A DNA stretch of 64,000 bases from an uncultured Pseudomonadota bacterium (lineage in GTDB: Bacteria; Oederibacteriota; Muellerivitia; Muellerivitales; Muellerivitaceae), in the NCBI GenBank assembly GCA_963836235.1, contig CAWIIP010000002.1:896001-960000 (forward strand), in the 5' to 3' direction. Positions 60,369 to 64,000 of this stretch are shown one piece after another. The position numbers were made by a program, and so were the translations under genes. A model generated the notes under the pieces. The model had not been told where the DNA came from and did not search any database. It saw only the letters and a program-made list of their open reading frames with translations. Position 1 is the first letter of the stretch. Each line of letters opens with the position of its first letter.

Positions 60369-62666
60369 TTATTCGAGTTTTTGGGCAACCGCTTCCATAA
60401 TATAAATTTCAAGCTGGTCCCCAACCTGGATATCATCGAAACCGTCGATGCCGATACCACACTCATAGCCGTTGGTCACTTCCTTCACGTCGTCCTTAAA
60501 ACGCCGCAACGATGAAAGGGCTCCCTCGTAAACGACTTCTTCCGCGCGCAGAACTTTCACTTTGGCTTTGCTTGTAATTTTTCCGGAAGTCACCATGGAA
60601 CCGGCAATTGCCCCCTTGGGAGTGCTGAATATCTGACGGACTTCCACCTTGCCGATGGTCAAAGGCCGATAGGTCGGCTCCAGCAGGCCTTCCATCGCCT
60701 TGCGCACATCCTCAACCGCGTCGTAAATGATCTTATAAACCCTTACGTCTACGTCTTCCCTTTCAGCCGTGGACTTGGCGTTGGAATCAGCCTTCACGTT
60801 GAACCCGACCACGATGGCGTTGGAAGCGGAGGCAAGAAGAATGTCGGAATTGACGATATTTCCCGTACCGCTGCGGATGACCCTTAAAACAACCTTGCCG
60901 GTTGAAAGTTTTTCCAGAGATTGGGTGAGGGCTTCCACCGATCCTTGCACGTCCGCCTTGACGACGACCTTCAGCTCTTTGATCTGCCCTTCCTTGATCT
61001 GCTCGAAAAGATTGTCGAGGGTAATGTGTTTCATGGCCCCGACGAGACGGTTGTCCTTCCGGGCTTCAGTGCGTCGGGCGGCGATTTCCCGGGCGACTTT
61101 GGCGTCTTCCACCCCGTAAAATACGTCCCCGGCCTGGGGCACGTCGTTTAAGCCCAAAATTTCGACGGGAGTCGCGGGAGTCGCGGCCTTCACCGGTTTA
61201 CCTAAGTCGTCATGCATGGCCTTGACGCGACCATAGGTGCTTCCCGCGATGATATCATCGCCGATTTTAAGGGTTCCCTTTTCTACCAGGAAGGTGGCCA
61301 CTGACCCCCGGCCCTTATCCAACCGGGCTTCCAAGACTACTCCCTTGGGAACTCGATTAGGATTAGCCTTAAGTTCCAGAACTTCCGCCTGCAGGAGAAT
61401 CATTTCCAGGAGCTTATCCAGATTTAGGCGTTTTTTAGCCGAAACATTAACAAAAATAGTCGTCCCGCCCCACTCCTCAGGAACCAACCCCCGCTCGGCC
61501 ACTTGGGTCTTCACCCGGTCCGGATTGGCTTCCGGTTTGTCGATCTTGTTGATGGCCACAATGATGGGTACCTTGGCTTCTTTGGCGTGGTCAATAGCCT
61601 CTAGGGTTTGAGGCATGACACCGTCATCCGCCGCGACTACGAGAACCACAATATCCGTTGCCTTGGCGCCGCGGGCGCGCATGAGCGTGAAAGCCTCATG
61701 GCCTGGAGTATCCAGAAAGGTGATGGATCCTTTTTCCTGTTTTACCTGGTAAGCGCCGATATGCTGAGTAATGCCTCCCGCTTCTCCCTCGGCCACCTTG
61801 GTTTTGCGGATGGCGTCTAATAGAAGGGTCTTTCCGTGGTCGACATGCCCCATGATGGTCACGACGGGCGGTCGGGGCTGCAGATCCTTGGGATCATCCG
61901 GTGTGTCCTGAAACATTTCGGCCCCAAAAAGGGGCACCACTTCCACTTCGGCGTCATGGGCGGAAGCCAGCGTTTCGGCGACGGGCATATCCACTCTCTG
62001 ATTGATGGTGGCCAGAATCTTGAGGTCTAGCAATTCTTTAATAAGAACACCAGCCTTGACATTGAGCTTTTGCGCTAATTCGGAAACCGTAATGCCTTCG
62101 GAAACTTTAATTTTCGTCAGGATCTTGGGAACGACCGGAGTCCCATCCGCGTTGAGTTCTTCAACCTTAGGTTTATCCTCAACAGTTTCTTTCACGACAG
62201 TCGTCACGCTTTTGGGACGGCCAGCGGCCAAACCGTGGCCGCCTGATTTGACCGGCATATGTTTCGATCCCGATCCGCTTTTACGCGGCACCATGGCCGG
62301 TCGGGGAGCGGTTTTAGTACCCGTGGGCTTAAGGGCCGGATAGGTTGCCGTAGGCGCGGACAAACCGGCTGTGGGTTTTACCATGGTACGGGTGGCCGTC
62401 ACGGGCAGAGGTGAGGCGGAAGTTGTCGCGGGTGTTTTGGGGGCTACCATGCGGGTGGCGGTAGTGGTGGAAATCGGCGCCGTAGCGCTGACGGATGCGG
62501 AATTTAGGTCCGCCATCCCCAAATCGCGGCGTATATCGGATTGGATTTTATCGTCAACAACCGTCAACTGGCTGGGAATGTTGTGGCCCAGCTTTTTACA
62601 ACGGTCCAGCACATCCTTGCTCGTTAGTCCCAGTTCTTTGGCGAATTCAAAAAGGCGTTTGCCCAT
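60369..62666 (-). CDS. infB: Translation initiation factor IF-2
   Basis: [31 protein letters not shown]. Confidence 0.98.
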   Translation of the reverse strand: MGKRLFEFAKELGLTSKDVLDRCKKLGHNIPSQLTVVDDKIQSDIRRDLGMADLNSASVSATAPISTTTATRMVAPKTPATTSASPLPVTATRTMVKPTAGLSAPTATYPALKPTGTKTAPRPAMVPRKSGSGSKHMPVKSGGHGLAAGRPKSVTTVVKETVEDKPKVEELNADGTPVVPKILTKIKVSEGITVSELAQKLNVKAGVLIKELLDLKILATINQRVDMPVAETLASAHDAEVEVVPLFGAEMFQDTPDDPKDLQPRPPVVTIMGHVDHGKTLLLDAIRKTKVAEGEAGGITQHIGAYQVKQEKGSITFLDTPGHEAFTLMRARGAKATDIVVLVVAADDGVMPQTLEAIDHAKEAKVPIIVAINKIDKPEANPDRVKTQVAERGLVPEEWGGTTIFVNVSAKKRLNLDKLLEMILLQAEVLELKANPNRVPKGVVLEARLDKGRGSVATFLVEKGTLKIGDDIIAGSTYGRVKAMHDDLGKPVKAATPATPVEILGLNDVPQAGDVFYGVEDAKVAREIAARRTEARKDNRLVGAMKHITLDNLFEQIKEGQIKELKVVVKADVQGSVEALTQSLEKLSTGKVVLRVIRSGTGNIVNSDILLASASNAIVVGFNVKADSNAKSTAEREDVDVRVYKIIYDAVEDVRKAMEGLLEPTYRPLTIGKVEVRQIFSTPKGAIAGSMVTSGKITSKAKVKVLRAEEVVYEGALSSLRRFKDDVKEVTNGYECGIGIDGFDDIQVGDQLEIYIMEAVAQKLE

Positions 62667-62672
62667 GGTGAG

Positions 62673-63998
62673 TTAACCCTCCTGGCCTTCCGGCCCCGGA
62701 GCGACCGTGCCCAAGACCTCCGGTGAAGGGGGAATAGTTGGGATTCCCTCTTGATCTTTGGTCAGCTCGGGGGCCTCGGGGGCTGCTTCGCCCTTCACCG
62801 CGCCTTCGTCAATCTCATCGGGTGGAGCGTCTTTTCTTGTCTCGTCGGTCAGCGACGCCGCGGCACCCGCGGAAGGAGCCGCAATATTAGCTTCGGCTAG
62901 TTCCTGGGGAATTTCCTGTTGGATTTCCTGGAAGTGGGCGTCCATACGGGCGCGCTCTTCCTGTGTGTGTTGTTCCTCGTTCTTGATGTCGATCTTGATA
63001 CCAGTCAAGCGGGCGGCCAAACGGGCATTTTGCCCTTTCTTGCCGATAGCTAACGACAGCTGGTCGTTGGGCACGATCACCTCTGCTGAGGGAATCTCGG
63101 GATGGAACAGGATTCGAGCGATTTTAGCGGGTGAGAGGGCGTTGGAAAGATAGTTATGAGGCTCCTCATCCCATCGGACGATATCCACTTTTTCTCCGCG
63201 GATTTCATCCACGATATTTTGGACACGGATTCCTTTTACTCCCACGCAGGCCCCAACCGCGTCAATCCGGTCGTCACCCATGGAGCGGACGGATATTTTC
63301 GTGCGGGCCCCAGGTTCGCGGGCCACACTTTCGATTTTCACGGCGCCCTCGTAAATCTCGGGAACCTCCAGTTCAAAAAGCTTGCGGACCAGGTTGGGAT
63401 GCGCTCGGCTGACGATGATGGCCGGTCCCTTCAAGGTCTTTCGAACCTCGAGAACTAAAAACTTCATGCGCTCTCCCGTGGAATAACGTTCACGAGGAAC
63501 CTGTTCCTTGGCGGGCATCAAGGCTTCGGCGTCGCCAAGGGAAATGATGACGTTGCGGCTTTCATAACGAAGCACGCTTCCGGTGATAAGATCGCCTTCT
63601 TTTTCCTTGAACTGGTCATAAACACTCTGCCGCTCGGCGTCCTGGACACGCTGAACGATGACCTGCTTGGCCGTTTGGGCCGCGATGCGGCCAAACTGTT
63701 CGGCGGGAATGCGAACCTTGATAACACCGCCCACTTCAGCTTCTTTGTCGAGTTTGCGGGCTTCCGAAAGGGTCAATTGGGTATTGGGATCGGTGATTTC
63801 ATCCGCCACTTCCTTCAGGTAAAAAGCGCGGAACTCGTAATTGATCTCGTCGAATTCCACGTCCACTTCTTGGGCCGCGCCATACATCTTTTTGGCGGCC
63901 GAAGACAAAGCAGCTTGAATCGCCTCGACCAGTTTTTTCTTGTCGATACGCTTGGTATGTTCTAATTGGCTCATCACCAAGGCTAATTCGTTACCCAT
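62673..63998 (-). CDS. nusA: Transcription termination factor NusA
   Basis: FGRIAAQTAKQ, VPEI, AREPG, LAIGKKGQNARLA. Confidence 0.97.
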   Translation of the reverse strand: MGNELALVMSQLEHTKRIDKKKLVEAIQAALSSAAKKMYGAAQEVDVEFDEINYEFRAFYLKEVADEITDPNTQLTLSEARKLDKEAEVGGVIKVRIPAEQFGRIAAQTAKQVIVQRVQDAERQSVYDQFKEKEGDLITGSVLRYESRNVIISLGDAEALMPAKEQVPRERYSTGERMKFLVLEVRKTLKGPAIIVSRAHPNLVRKLFELEVPEIYEGAVKIESVAREPGARTKISVRSMGDDRIDAVGACVGVKGIRVQNIVDEIRGEKVDIVRWDEEPHNYLSNALSPAKIARILFHPEIPSAEVIVPNDQLSLAIGKKGQNARLAARLTGIKIDIKNEEQHTQEERARMDAHFQEIQQEIPQELAEANIAAPSAGAAASLTDETRKDAPPDEIDEGAVKGEAAPEAPELTKDQEGIPTIPPSPEVLGTVAPGPEGQEG

Positions 63999-64000
63999 GG

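Overview
Bacterial chromosomal window with four parts. (1) 0.6-12 kb: a probable phosphate-scavenging cluster (YncE-propeller/alkaline phosphatase-family protein, FG-GAP protein, acid-sphingomyelinase-like phosphoesterase, two paralogous Thr/Pro-stalk lipoproteins, OprO/P porin) with Pho-box-like direct repeats. (2) 12.5-34.4 kb: a ~22-kb integrative element in tRNA-Gln(UUG). It has integrase, excisionase, XRE and Rep-like core genes, IS21, IS256 and IS1380, a Schlafen + nuclease-STAND (Avs-like) gene pair whose STAND gene is broken by two ISs, gene fragments bounded by three identical 38-bp repeats, and host-like GH5/lipoprotein genes. The att core lies inside the integrase 3' end, so excision would swap the C-terminal tail. 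(3) 34.6-45.2 kb: housekeeping genes (ispE, TPR, cNMP-binding, WecA-like) plus a TPR-type sigma54 activator, three copies of a GTGTAA-N7-TTACAC palindrome, and an unannotated ~86-nt sigma54-dependent sRNA candidate with an anti-Shine-Dalgarno seed. (4) 45.3-64 kb: nusA-infB-DUF503-rbfA-DHH-truB-ribF...rpsO-pnp, interrupted by a ~2590-aa multidomain GH5 protein. The Thr/Pro-stalk GH5/CBM/FlgD-Ig protein style is reminiscent of candidate phyla such as FCPU426/Goldbacteria, but this is an unverified impression. All product calls come from motif recognition by eye, not from database searches.
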